From contig NIVC01002959.1 of NCBI GenBank assembly GCA_002269645.1, positions 62,001 to 126,000 on the forward strand: a stretch of 64,000 nt of DNA. The letters are read 5' to 3'. Positions 1 through 10,941 of this stretch are shown here, piece after piece. This DNA is from Macrostomum lignano. Lineage: Eukaryota. Below the pieces are notes generated by a model. The model saw only the letters and a list, made by a program, of their open reading frames with translations, did no database searches and was not told the origin of the DNA. Both the position numbers and the translations under genes were made by a program. Every line of letters starts with the position of its first letter. The first letter of the stretch is position 1.

Positions 1-280
1 ATTAAGGCTTGTGTTGCCTGATGGGGCTTCAATGATGCGCCGCTTTTGAGCTTTCTTGACCAAGCAACCACCTCACCTCCGCAGAGGCATTTGAAATGAG
101 TGAAATGCACAAAACGCTTCTTTGCTTAACCATAAAATCTTTTGGTGCAGCGGTACTCGAAGTGGACGGTCATAATTGCAATGTAGAATAGAGATTACTA
201 GCTTTGAGCTGTGAAACTATTCTCTCTAGTGGCGCTGATGCGATGCTTACTTATTACTCTGAAAGTTTATTCCTTATGTT

Positions 281-1306
281 GTGTCACTCTGTCTCTAGCT
301 GTGTTTGTGTCACTCTGTCTCTATCTGTGTTTGTGTCACACTGTCTCTAGCTGTGTTTGTGTCACTCTGTCTCTAGCTGTGTTTGTGTCACTCTGTCTCT
401 AGCTGTGTTTGTGTCACTCTGTCTTTAGCTGTGTTTGTGTCACTCTGTCTCTAGCTGTGCTTGTGTCACTCTGTCTCTAGCTGTGTTTGTGTCACTCTGT
501 CTCTAGCTGTGTTTGTGTCACTCTGTCTCTAGCTGTGTTTTGTGTCACTCTGTGTCTAGCTGTGTTTGTGTCACTCTGTCTCTAGCTGTGTTTGTGTCAC
601 TCTGTGTCTAGCTGTGTTTGTGTCACTCTGTCTCTAGCTGTGCTTGTGTCACTCTGTCTCTAGCTGTGTTTGTGTCACTCTGTCTCTAGCTGTGTTTGTG
701 TCACTCTGTCTCTAGCTGTGTTTTGTGTCACTCTGTGTCTAGCTGTGCTTGTGTCACTCTGTCTCTAGCTGTGTTTGTGTCACTCTGTCTCTAGCTGTGT
801 TTGTGTCACTCTGTCTCTAGCTGTGTTTTGTGTCACTCTGTCTCTGGCTGTGTTTGTGTCACTCTGTCTCTAGCTGTGTTTGTGTCACTCTGTCTCTAGC
901 TGTGTTTGTGTCACTCTGTCTAGCTGTGTCTATGTCACTCTGTCTCTAGCTGTGTTTTGTGTCACTCTGTGTCTAGCTGTGTTTGTGTCACTCTGTCTCT
1001 AGCTGTGTTTGTGTCACTCTGTCTCTAGCTGTGTTTGTGTCACTCTGTCTCTAGCTGTGTTTTGTGTCACTCTGTCTCTGGCTGTGTTTGTGTCACTCTG
1101 TCTCTAGCTGTGTTTGTGTCACTCTGTCTCTGGCTGTGTTTGTGTCACTCTGTCTCTAGCTGTGTTTGTGTCACTCTGTCTCTAGCTGTGTTTTGTGTCA
1201 CTCTGTCTCTAGCTGTGTTTGTGTCACTCTGTGTCTAGCTGTGTTTGTGTCACTCTGTCTAGCTGTGTTTGTATCACTCTGTCTCTAGCTGTGTTTGTAT
1301 CACTCT
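281..1306. repeat. 26-bp minisatellite (GTCACTCTGTCTCTAGCTGTGTTTGT)n
   Basis: About 40 near-identical tandem units read directly, with occasional +1/-2 length variants. Confidence 0.95.
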
Positions 1307-2120
1307 GAAAGTGTCACTCCATCTATGGCTGTGCCTGAGTGTGCCCTATTAATCTGCTAAAATTGCATTTGCTTTAATTTCACATTGCACTGAGCATTTT
1401 AAGATTTTAAAAGCGAGAAAATGAATGCAATTTAATTTTTTGTTCACATTATAACAACAGTTGTTGACAGAGTTGTCAGATTGTGATTTTTATAGCTTAT
1501 ATTTATTTAGTATTTTTATATTTATACGGTTACAGTTTTAATCAGATAGCAAAGCATATATGAACACATTACACAGAGCAAGAATCATAGCTATCATTGC
1601 AAATATCATATACAACTACAGATCATATGCATAGTAATATGAATGTATTTTACTAAACAACCAAGTCCGAACGCTATGAATTTCACTTGCAAGAATTTAA
1701 TAATGACAAGCAACTTGGGACCTGGCAAACTATTTTCTCAGATATATTTTAGCTCTTTTGAAAGCAAAGAGAGGTTGTCTTCATCAAGGCATTCGCTGAT
1801 GCTAATATTTATGATTAATGCACAAATTATTGAATAAATCATAGCATCACTGACAACATTTTAGTCTTTGTTGTGTTTGTGAGGTGCGGTGTTAATATTA
1901 ATTAACGATATTTTTAGCATGTTGAATACTGCATGGACAAGAGACAAGTAAACACGAATAATATATATAATATTTATTTTATTTATAGATGCATACGTAC
2001 CAAGGATTGTGCAATATTCTATATGCTATTTCGGAATGGGCAGCTTTAGAATCGGGTGGATTCTAGAATTCTAGGGTGGATTTTAGAATCGCTCAGCTCA
2101 GCGAGAGTGCGTGCAGATTA

Positions 2121-3821
2121 TCACGGCTCACATTTCACTCCTTCTGGCGAGGTCGGTTGCTGGGCTAGTTGCTGGGGCGGCTCCGCGCCGTACAGAGCGG
2201 CCGTGTAGGAGGAGACAGCGGGGACGCCCGAGTAGGAGGACATCTGGTGATGCTGCTGCTGCTGCAGGTGATGGTGCTCGGAGACTGCAGCCAGGTGCTG
2301 CTGGTGATGAAGCTGCTGCTGCTGCTGCGGCATCTGGTGCAGATGCTGGATCTGCTGCATCACTATAGAATCGTCCTGGTCGCAGGACGCATCGTCAGCC
2401 GAGCTCACGTTGCTGTTGCCGGAGTCCGACGAGGAGTGTCGCGTCCTTGACGACTGGCCCTTGGCTCTCTTGCCCGAGCAGCCCTGCGGTAGATTGTTCG
2501 GCGGCGTCATTCGCTTCTCCTTCTGGCGCCGGTTGCAGAACCAGACGCGGACGACCTCCTTCTCGAGGCCGAGGGTGTCCGCCAGCTGCGTGATCTCCTG
2601 CGCCGCCGGCTTCTGGTGCTGGCTGAAGTGGCTCTCCAGAGCGCCCTTCGTGCTCAGCTCGATGCTCGTCCGCTTCTTCCGCTTTCGGCCTTGGGCCGCG
2701 ATTTTGTCCAGATTGGTTGGCGAACCGGTGGAACTGTCGGCCTCTTCAAGCCACTTGCTGAGCAGAGGCTTCAGCTTGCACATGTTCTTGAAGGACAGCT
2801 GCAGAGCCTCAAAGCGGCAGATGGTGGTCTGGCTGAACACGTTGCCGTACAGGGTGCCGAGCGCCAGGCCAACGTCGGCCTGCGTATAGCCCAGCTTGAT
2901 CCGGCGCTGTTTGAACATCTTGGCGAACTGCTCGAGGTCGTCCGAGCTGGGGGCTTCTCCTGGCTCGGGCATCTCCGGCTGCTGCTGCTGCTGCTGCATC
3001 TGCGGCTGTCCCGCTGCAGGGATATCTGGCATAGCTTGACCCATGAGATGCTGCTGCTGCTGCTGCTGTTGCTGTAGTTGATGATGGAGGCTGTGATGCT
3101 GCAGGTGCACTGGTACAGAGTCCTGGTGCAGCTCCGGTGAAGACGCCATGGGCAGGCCGCCTTCAACACCGCGGTACCATCCGCTAGAGAGCATTGCAAC
3201 ATGCTGCTGCTGCTGCTGCTGCTGCTGGCTCTGCAACTGCTGCGACTGATGCAGTCCCTGCTGATGCTCGTGATGCTGGAACGGCGACCAGTGCATCTGA
3301 TGATGACTTGCAAGCTGGTTGTTCCTGTAGTCTGATGCGCTACTGCTGCTGCTGTTGTTGCCGCTGTTGTTGTTGTTGCTGCAGGGCACCCCGTGAGCTG
3401 CCGCCGCAGCCGCTGCCGCCGCCGCTGCCGCAGCCGCCGCCTGCTGTTGCATCTCAAAGTCGAGACTTGGAGAGTGCTTCTGACGCTGCTGCTGGTGTTG
3501 CTGGTGTTGTTGTTGCTGCTGCTGCTGCAGCACCGGCTGCATGGTGTGCCAGGATGACCAGGGATTATCGTAGTAGCCGCAGGTTGCCGCTGCTGCAGCG
3601 GCCGCGGCAGCTCCGGTGTTGTAGAAGCCCGCGCCACCAGCCTGAGGCGGCGCTGCTGAACCGCCCGTTGGTGTCAGCGGCATTGACGGATGCACCGGCG
3701 ACTGCACGGTGGGGAACTGGGTCTTGTACATCGCGTACGGGTCCAGCGGCATCAGGCCGCCTCCGCCAGCGCCACCGCCGCCGCCTCCGCCGGCAACTCC
3801 GTGAGTGACGCTTGTGGCCAT
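2121..3821 (-). CDS. POU3: Class III POU-homeodomain transcription factor (Brn-1/Brn-2/vvl family), single exon, 566 aa
   Basis: POU-specific domain [61 protein letters not shown]. Class III linker [26 protein letters not shown]. Homeodomain ends [19 protein letters not shown]. Intronless, as is usual for POU3 genes. Confidence 0.96.
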   Translation of the reverse strand: MATSVTHGVAGGGGGGGAGGGGLMPLDPYAMYKTQFPTVQSPVHPSMPLTPTGGSAAPPQAGGAGFYNTGAAAAAAAAATCGYYDNPWSSWHTMQPVLQQQQQQQHQQHQQQRQKHSPSLDFEMQQQAAAAAAAAAAAAAAAHGVPCSNNNNSGNNSSSSSASDYRNNQLASHHQMHWSPFQHHEHQQGLHQSQQLQSQQQQQQQQHVAMLSSGWYRGVEGGLPMASSPELHQDSVPVHLQHHSLHHQLQQQQQQQQHLMGQAMPDIPAAGQPQMQQQQQQPEMPEPGEAPSSDDLEQFAKMFKQRRIKLGYTQADVGLALGTLYGNVFSQTTICRFEALQLSFKNMCKLKPLLSKWLEEADSSTGSPTNLDKIAAQGRKRKKRTSIELSTKGALESHFSQHQKPAAQEITQLADTLGLEKEVVRVWFCNRRQKEKRMTPPNNLPQGCSGKRAKGQSSRTRHSSSDSGNSNVSSADDASCDQDDSIVMQQIQHLHQMPQQQQQLHHQQHLAAVSEHHHLQQQQHHQMSSYSGVPAVSSYTAALYGAEPPQQLAQQPTSPEGVKCEP

Positions 3822-3941
3822 CCGATTGAACGAGTTTGAGTCCTGCCTTTTATTGGTAGCTTATCTGACTTCACTCTATAACTGACTTAATTCGCTGGGG
3901 CTAGGAGAGGCTGAGTCCGATAGTAATAATAACCGAAATCT

Positions 3942-4811
3942 ATTTGCAAATTATTTGCATAACTTAAATTAAGAAAACTGAGAACTGCCTCACTGGAGCT
4001 GACTTTGGCCTAAGCTGAATTGCGCTTAGCAAGAGGGGGGGAAATCAAAAATGCAAATTTAAAGCAGAAAGAGGCGGAGTGAGGCGGTCTGGCCAGGGGG
4101 CGCCCTGTCTGTAGGGGGAAGAGCGGGCGGCAGTGGATCGGGGAGTGGGTGGCGGCGAACTTCAAATTCAGACCCCTGAGCCCTGGTTGGCCCGGTCCGG
4201 ATCCAATTCGATAGTCAACTGTGGTCTCTGCCTCCGGCTTGAGGAGGGAAGAGCAGAGAGAACAGACAAGAGAGGGAGAGAGAGAGAAAGTGGTCCTCAC
4301 GACCCAATAGAATGGCCGCTGGGTCCGCTTGGACTCGCTGATTGGCTGTGGCGATGAGAAAGGGGAGGGGGCACGACTATCGGAGAAAATTTGAGGCCAA
4401 ATTCTTTTTCTGCTTTTGCTTTCGCTGTTGCTTGCTTCCTTTTCTTCGGCCACACTTGAGCGATTTTCCACGGTGTAGGGGGGGGGCTTTAGTTGCGAAG
4501 GGGGTCGCGAGACCCCCCCCCCTCCTCCGGCCGGGTGTCCTATTACAGCTCCGAGACAACGAACTCCGCTTATAGAAGTCAAGAAGGAATTGTTGTTCCG
4601 GCCTCTCTCACTATTGCGCAGGTGTCTTCTTCTTTAACTGCTTTTTCTTTGCCTTTTTGCGGAGGTGTTGTTGTGTTTATATCGAGTTACAATCTCTCTC
4701 ACCTGCGAGCGGCAAGGGGTTCTCAATCTCACTGCACCCCCTCGCTCGAGTCAATTCAATTTCTTTCAACCCGGCCTCTCTATATAAACAACTTGTTAAT
4801 TAGATGCAAAT
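3942..4811. promoter_or_regulatory. Putative POU3 upstream regulatory region with octamer sites
   Basis: ATTTGCAT at 3953-3960, ATGCAAAT at 4051-4058 and 4804-4811, near-octamer ATTTGCAA at 3942-3949, plus GC-rich and ATTGG/CCAAT motifs around 4300-4350. Confidence 0.45.
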
Positions 4812-5427
4812 TTTAGTCAGACCCCACTGCACCAGGGGAGGTCAGATATTTATTATATAATTTCGTTGCAGAGTCCACAGTATGTGCTTTCCTATACAGC
4901 AAGGCAACTGGACACTTAATTGTGAGACTTTCGCCTTTCTGGGGTCACCGGATCCGTTCGCCATATATGGGCTTTTCATTTCCGGCTGTGAAGCGGGAAA
5001 CGGATACGAAACAGACATTTTTGGGGGTTACATTTCATGATTTTTTGTGTTCTTTTTTTGCTCTCCTGCAGCATTGAGACTCCGCGGAGTGTGGTGATGG
5101 TGCAAGTGTCACACCCCCCTGAGATAGACGTCTGTGACCCCCCTAGATCGCTGTGACCTCATCTTAAACCTTTGTGAACCCTCCTAGACCAGCACCGTGA
5201 CCCCCTCATAGACCTCTGTCTGTGACCCCCTAGACCTCTGTGATCCCCCTCCCAGGCTTGCGACCCAACCCATGTGACACTCATAATCTTCACCCGGCGC
5301 AGAGAGCCTGAGCAGTGAGTGAGCACACAACCAGCATCTTCCCTAAACCCTAACACCCCAGTTTCCTGAGCTGAATTCTAATCTGGCAAAGAGAGAGAAG
5401 TGACTGCAAAGGAAAAGCAAATTAATG

Positions 5428-6262
5428 TGTCATGAATGTGTTATGACAGTGTGCTCTTTGCTAAGTTGCTGCACCGGGCCAGTGGGCCGTCCTCTCCCCC
5501 TCCCCCCTCCTTAGATATTTTCTGACTCACCCACCTGCACTTCTGCGCGTGCGTACCCCTCCCCTCCCTGCCTAGACCTTTTCTGTTGAGTCAACCCCCC
5601 ATGCTCTGCGTGCGACCCCCCCCCTGTGCGACCCCGCCCCATTATTTTGTTAGCTTTGCTGCCCCGCCCCTGTTTGTGATTGGCTGCCAGTCCCAGTCTG
5701 CCGTGCTGCGCCCCGGCGATTGGCTGGTACAGCTCATGCGTTGCCTTGGCTGATGTCTAAGCCCCCTTTTCTGCCTTTATCCCGCGCCCTCAACCCCCAG
5801 TTTGCTGCCTATTTATTCAGAGCCCCGTGAGACCCCATTCTCGTTGTCTTCGTGGCTCCTCGGCGATTGTGCCAGCGTTGGTTGCGGAATTGCTATTCCT
5901 CGCCGAATTGCTAGACAAATATATAAGTAAAGAATATCGAGATCACCACTGCTCTGACGGCGCTGTTTCTTGTACGACTGAAATCGCGGCTGGTAAGCCT
6001 TCCAATTTGCACGTCATTTGGGTCTGCATCTGTACTAGGCACCTTAGAGGGATTAACTGCGTCGTACGCCGGTCCCACCCCAAGCAGCTCTGCGTCGTAC
6101 GCAAGTCGGTAGGCTGTCGTGCGTCGTACGCTCGAACAGCCTAGTCCCGACGGACACCGCGTCGTACGCGTGTCAGTGGAGGACCGTAGCCAGGGTCAGT
6201 ACACGAACCCGAGTCTGGGAAAGGGGCACGAAAGGACCGAGCCCTTGAGCCCCATCATCACA
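5428..6262 (+). repeat. 5' LTR (835 bp)
   Basis: Starts TGTCATGA and ends TCATCACA (imperfect terminal inverted repeat). Direct repeat of 13237-14070. Contains two GATTGGCTG (CCAAT-type) boxes and TATATAA at 5920-5926. Confidence 0.96.
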
Positions 6263-6265
6263 AAT

Positions 6266-6282
6266 TGGCATCCTTGGTGGGA
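6266..6282 (+). other. Primer-binding site TGGCATCCTTGGTGGGA
   Basis: Lies 3 nt after the LTR. Its complement (UCCCAC-CAAGGAU-G-CCA) has the geometry of a tRNA 3' end: T-stem strand, 7-nt acceptor strand, discriminator G, CCA. tRNA identity not established. Confidence 0.8.
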
Positions 6283-6370
6283 CCCTGCGCTGTGGAAGAC
6301 TAAGTAAGGAAGAAAGCTCGAGGCGCGGAATATTGTGAGAAATTAAGGTTAGAAACTGTGACGCCGTGGT

Positions 6371-7495
6371 ATGGATGCTGGAGGTGCTGCTGGAGGTGCG
6401 GCTGGAGGTGCGGCTGGAGGTGCTGCTGGAGGTGCTGCCGGAGGTGCGGCTGGAGGTGCGGCTGGAGGTGCTGCTGGAGGTGCGGCTGGAGGTGCGGCTG
6501 AAGGTGCGGCTGGAGGTGCTGCTGGAGCCTTTGGTGTTAATGATCTGGTCGCCGCCTTGACTGCCCAGATTCAGCAGAACATGCAGCAAGCGGGTGCCCT
6601 CAGGATTCAGAGGCCGGTGAAGTATGCTCCAGGAATGAATTTCGTGAAGTGGTTGAGGCTCTTCGTAGCTTATTGCGATGCCATGCAGATTCCGATGCAG
6701 AATCGGCGCGCTCAGTTGCTCAGCAACCTAGACTTCAGCACCTTCCAAGTTGTTGACAACATGAACCTTGATGACGACCTGCAGTTCGAAGAATTTACCC
6801 AGGCCTTGAGGGATAGGTTCACTATGCACCGTACCGTCGTCGACTACCGCACAGAACTGAGCAATAGAGAGCAGAGCGAGAAGGAGTCGGTAGAAGATTT
6901 CTCTGAAGCTGTGATTGAGTTGGTCGCAAACGCCTTTCCTGATGCGCCTGCCGATGTGCGCGATGATCTTGCGAAAGAGCGATTTATGCGAGGCGTCCGT
7001 GCGGGGGTGGCTGTGCGTGAGCGACTGTACATGAGCCAGCCGGATACGTTAGCGGACGCAATGCGTCTGGTGCATCAGCTGGAAGCGGCGGTTAGGGCAA
7101 GTCATGGTCCACCAGGTCAGGTATCGAAAAGAGCCGTTTGCGCTGTCACGACCGAAACCCGAAAGGAGGCTTCCGAAAGCAGTGAGGTCGAGATGCTTCG
7201 AAAACAGCTGGCGGCCATGGAGATGCGAATGAAAGAGATGGAGGAGCGGAGGTCTGAAGAAGCGGCAGAGCCGACCCCGGCGAGTCGGAAGGCTGTGCAG
7301 TGTTTTTCGTGTCGAGAGTGGGGCCATATCTCATCAAAGTGTCCGAAGAAGACCAGTCAGAAGAGTGAAAACGGGAAATCGCCAGTACGATGTCACAAGT
7401 GCAACGGTGAAGGCCACCTATCCTTCAAGTGTCCGAAGTCGGGAAACGGGCCGAGGGGACCGACCGGGGAGAGTCGGGACCCTGCCAGGAAGTGA
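6371..7495 (+). CDS. gag: Gag polyprotein (374 aa) with N-terminal Ala/Gly repeat and two CCHC zinc knuckles
   Basis: CFSCREWGHISSKC and CHKCNGEGHLSFKC knuckles. Retrotransposon gag-like core (QSEKESVEDFSEAVIELVANAFP). First ATG after the PBS. Confidence 0.93.
   Translation: MDAGGAAGGAAGGAAGGAAGGAAGGAAGGAAGGAAGGAAGGAAEGAAGGAAGAFGVNDLVAALTAQIQQNMQQAGALRIQRPVKYAPGMNFVKWLRLFVAYCDAMQIPMQNRRAQLLSNLDFSTFQVVDNMNLDDDLQFEEFTQALRDRFTMHRTVVDYRTELSNREQSEKESVEDFSEAVIELVANAFPDAPADVRDDLAKERFMRGVRAGVAVRERLYMSQPDTLADAMRLVHQLEAAVRASHGPPGQVSKRAVCAVTTETRKEASESSEVEMLRKQLAAMEMRMKEMEERRSEEAAEPTPASRKAVQCFSCREWGHISSKCPKKTSQKSENGKSPVRCHKCNGEGHLSFKCPKSGNGPRGPTGESRDPARK
7441..7483 (+). other. -1 programmed ribosomal frameshift signal (gag-pol)
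   Basis: Slippery heptamer G GGA AAC at 7441-7447 in the gag frame, 6-nt spacer, then hairpin AGGG-GA-CCGAC / GTCGG-GA-CCCT (7454-7483). Pol is in the -1 frame. Confidence 0.8.
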
Positions 7496-10400
7496 AGTCT
7501 CCCAGGAGCGAGGAACCGGGGTTGGGCACTAACTCTGTAAATAAATCCAAGTGCGTCTCTGGTGATGGGAATTTAAAGAGCAACCTGGTTCAAGAGGGGT
7601 TCGTCGGTATCAACGGAGCCCTTGACAGTTTTATTTCCGGTGCGGTTTCCGGCAAGCCAGTGGCTCTGCTGTTAGACAGTGGTGCGAGTGTGTCAGTGCT
7701 GAGCTGTGATGTTTTCCTGAGGCTGCCGCAAGAAGTGAGAGAGAGACTGACGATGATGGACGGGGCCCTTTCAACGGCCAATGGAGGTGCGATGAGGATG
7801 AGAGGCTGTATTGTGCTGGACGTGGAGATTGGCGGCGAGCGGTGGTCAGCGAATTTCTTTGTAGTGGACGGATTGCGCTATGACGTCATTCTCGGGTCCG
7901 AATTTTTCAAACAGCATCGTTGCGTCATCAACTATTCAGAGTTTGTCTTTCGAGTGGGCGATGTTAGAGTTCCGATACGGCAGAAAGGCGAGCTGCCCGT
8001 GGTGTGTCGAATCAAAGCCGAGACAACGGTATTCCTGGAACCGGCGCAAGAAGTGATCATGCCAGCCAGGGTAGAGAAAAAGGGCGCAAGAAACTGCGGA
8101 TCTGTCGGCATAACGGAAGAAAAGTCAGTGAAGGCCTCTGAGAAGGATTTGGCGCTGGCTCGAGCTCTGGTAGCGCCCGGCGTGGATGGACGGCTGCCGA
8201 TGAGATTGCTGAATACGTCCAGTTGTAGGAAGAGGGTCAAGAAAGGAGAGACGATTGGCTGGTTTATTCCTTTGGAACCGAACGGAGGTATCAACGTGGT
8301 GCGCTTGGACGACGACGTAGAGGCCAAGAATGAAGCGGAGGCATGGGACCCGATCGAAGAATTCCGCGAGTGGGGTTCGTGTGGCCTGTCGGAGGAGGAG
8401 GAAGCCGACTTCAGGGAGCTGATTTCCCAACATCGGGCTGTCTTTGCTAAGGACTCCAAGGATCTCGGCTGTACGACGGTGATGAAGCACGAGATCGACA
8501 CTGGAGATGCCAGGCCTGTGAAAGAAGCGGCGAGGCGGATTCCCCCGTACCTGCGGCAGGAAGTGGACGAGGAGTTGGATGACTTGCTGGAAGCTGGGAG
8601 AATCAGCGAGGTCCAGTCCCCATGGTGCTCTCCGGTGGTGTGCGTGAAAAAGAAGGACGGTTCCCTGAGGTTCTGTTGTGACTACCGGAAACTGAATGAA
8701 GTGACCAAGAAGGATGCAGTGCCGTTGCCCAGGACAGATGACCTGTTGGAGAGCCTAGGCGGTGCCAAGATTTTTTCGACCATGGACATGCAGTCGGGAT
8801 ACTGGCAGATGGCGGTGGAACCCAGCGACAGACTAAAGACGGCCTTTGGCGTTTCACACCGGGTACAGCAGTACGCCTGGAACGTTATGCCATTTGGATT
8901 GACAAATGCACCGGCTTCATTCAGCCGGCTAATGAATGTGGTGTTGGGGAAGTTGTGCTGGAAGACGTGTTTGGTGTATCTGGACGACCTGCTAGTGTGG
9001 TCACGAACGGTGGAAGAGCACCTGGAACGGTTGCAAACGGTTTTTCGACGGTTGCGAGCAGCGAACATCAAACTGAAGCCGAAGAAGTGCGCATTCCTGC
9101 TGAAGTCAGTGACCTTCCTGGGACACGTAGTGTCAGCTGATGGGATCGCCACGAGTCCAGAAAAGATTGCCGAAATTCGTGACTGGCCAACTCCGAGGAA
9201 TGTGAAGGAAGTAAGGTCATTCCTGGGACTGTGCGGGTATTACCGGCAATTCATCGCAGATTTTTCCCGCATTGCTGAGCCGATGCTGCGACGGACCCGA
9301 CATGATTGCCCGTGGAGCTGGGATGAGGAGTGTCAAGCCGCATTCGAGGCCCTGAAGGAAAGGTTGCAGGGATCTGAGGTCATGGCGTTTCCAAACTTTG
9401 CGGAGGACGCTGGAGAATTCGTTTTAGACACAGACGGTAGCACAAAAGAAGGAATTGGCGCTGTGCTTTCGCAGGTGCAGAAAGATGGGAGTGAGAAGGT
9501 AATAGCTTACGGAAGCAGGACGTTGTCGCGAGAAGAACGGAATTACTGCACGACACGAGTCGAGTTGCTGGCCGTGGTGTTTTTCGTACAGAAGTTTCGT
9601 TATTACCTGATGGGGCGAGAGTTTCTAGTGCGCACCGATCACAGCAGCTTGAAGTGGCTGCATTCGCTGCGGGACGTAGAAGGACAACTGGCCAGATGGC
9701 TGGAACTCTTGGCTCCGTACAGGTATCGCATCGAACATCGTCCGGGAGTGAAACATCAACACGCGGACGCTCTCTCCAGGAAGCCACGTCGGCGCCATCA
9801 AGGAAGCGAGAGTTGTCCTGGATGTGCACAAGAGCAGATCGGCGTGAACGCGTTGGGATTGCAGAAGTGGACCTCGGAGGAGATCAGAGAGAGCCAGAAG
9901 ATGGACAGCGACATTCGTCAGGCGATGGAGCTGCTGGCTCACGGCGACGGAGAGATAACCGAAGAGCATTTGCGGCGCATATCACCGACGGCAAGGAGGA
10001 TTGTCGAAAGACGTCGTGACCTTGAGGTGTCGGACAGTGAGGTGTTGCTGTGTCATACGGCCAGTAGACGTCAGCCGCAAGTGGTGTTGCCACGGAATAT
10101 GCTGAGAGCGGTGCTGGAAGAAGCTCATGGTGGACGGAGTGGAGGGCACGTTGGGATTTTCAAGACCAAGGAGAAGGTGCGGCAATCGTTTTGGAGGCCG
10201 GGACTTGGCCGCGAGGTCGAAGAGCACGTAAAAGCCTGTTTGGACTGCACCAAGGCCAAAGCTGGCAAGAAACCAATTGCACCGATGGAGCCGATTCCGA
10301 GTTCAAGCCCATTCGATATCGTGATGACGGACGTCATCGGGCCGCTGCCACGGAGCAAGAAAGGAAACTTCTACATCCTCACGGTGCAAGATGCGTTCTC

Positions 10401-10941
10401 AAAGTGGCCTGACGCTTATGCCATCCGGAACCAGAAGGCGGCAACGATCGCAAGGGTGCTATTCGAACGCTGGATTGCCAATCACGGGTGCCCCCGGGTA
10501 CTTCACTCAGACCAAGGAAGGAACTTTGAGTCGGGGATCGTCAGGAAGCTGTGCGAGCTGTTGGGTGTGAAGAAGACCAGGACGAGCGCCTACCACCCGA
10601 GTGGCAACGGACAGGTGGAACGATTTAATGGGTTCCTGAAGAACAGTTTGCGCTCGTATCTGGTACAGAAGGGTCAGAACGCCTGGGAGGAGTACCTGCC
10701 AAGTGCATTGATGGCTTATCGATCGACGGTCCAGGCGTCCACCGGTTACACGCCCTACTACATGCTGCATGGTCAGGAGATGCCACTGGGATTCGAACCA
10801 GAAGACCTTAGGCGAAAGACGGACAGCTATCCCTTGTTTGTGCAAGAGATTCAGCAGAACCTGCTTCATGCCCATGAACACGTTCGAGAAGGGCGCGAGA
10901 CGGTTCAGCGACGCCAGAAAATGAATACGATCGGAAAGTGA
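7442..10941 (+). CDS. pol: Pol polyprotein: aspartic protease, reverse transcriptase, RNase H, integrase (reached by frameshift)
   Basis: LLDSGAS protease. CDYRKLN, MPFGL and YLDD in RT. LDTDG...GIGAVLSQ and TDHSSL in RNase H. Integrase zinc finger H-x6-H...C-x2-C and core TDVIGP / LHSDQGRNFES / GQVERFN. Confidence 0.97.

Noticed and set aside
2169-3808. Antisense and alternative-frame ORFs over POU3
   Set aside because: Shadows of a GC-rich, CAG-rich coding sequence.
5827-6144. 105-aa ORF in each LTR (also 13635-13952)
   Set aside because: GTG start, no recognisable motif, duplicated only because it lies in the LTR.
7371-7380. Second GGGAAA slippery-like site in gag
   Set aside because: Wrong phase for X XXY YYZ and not followed by a comparable hairpin.
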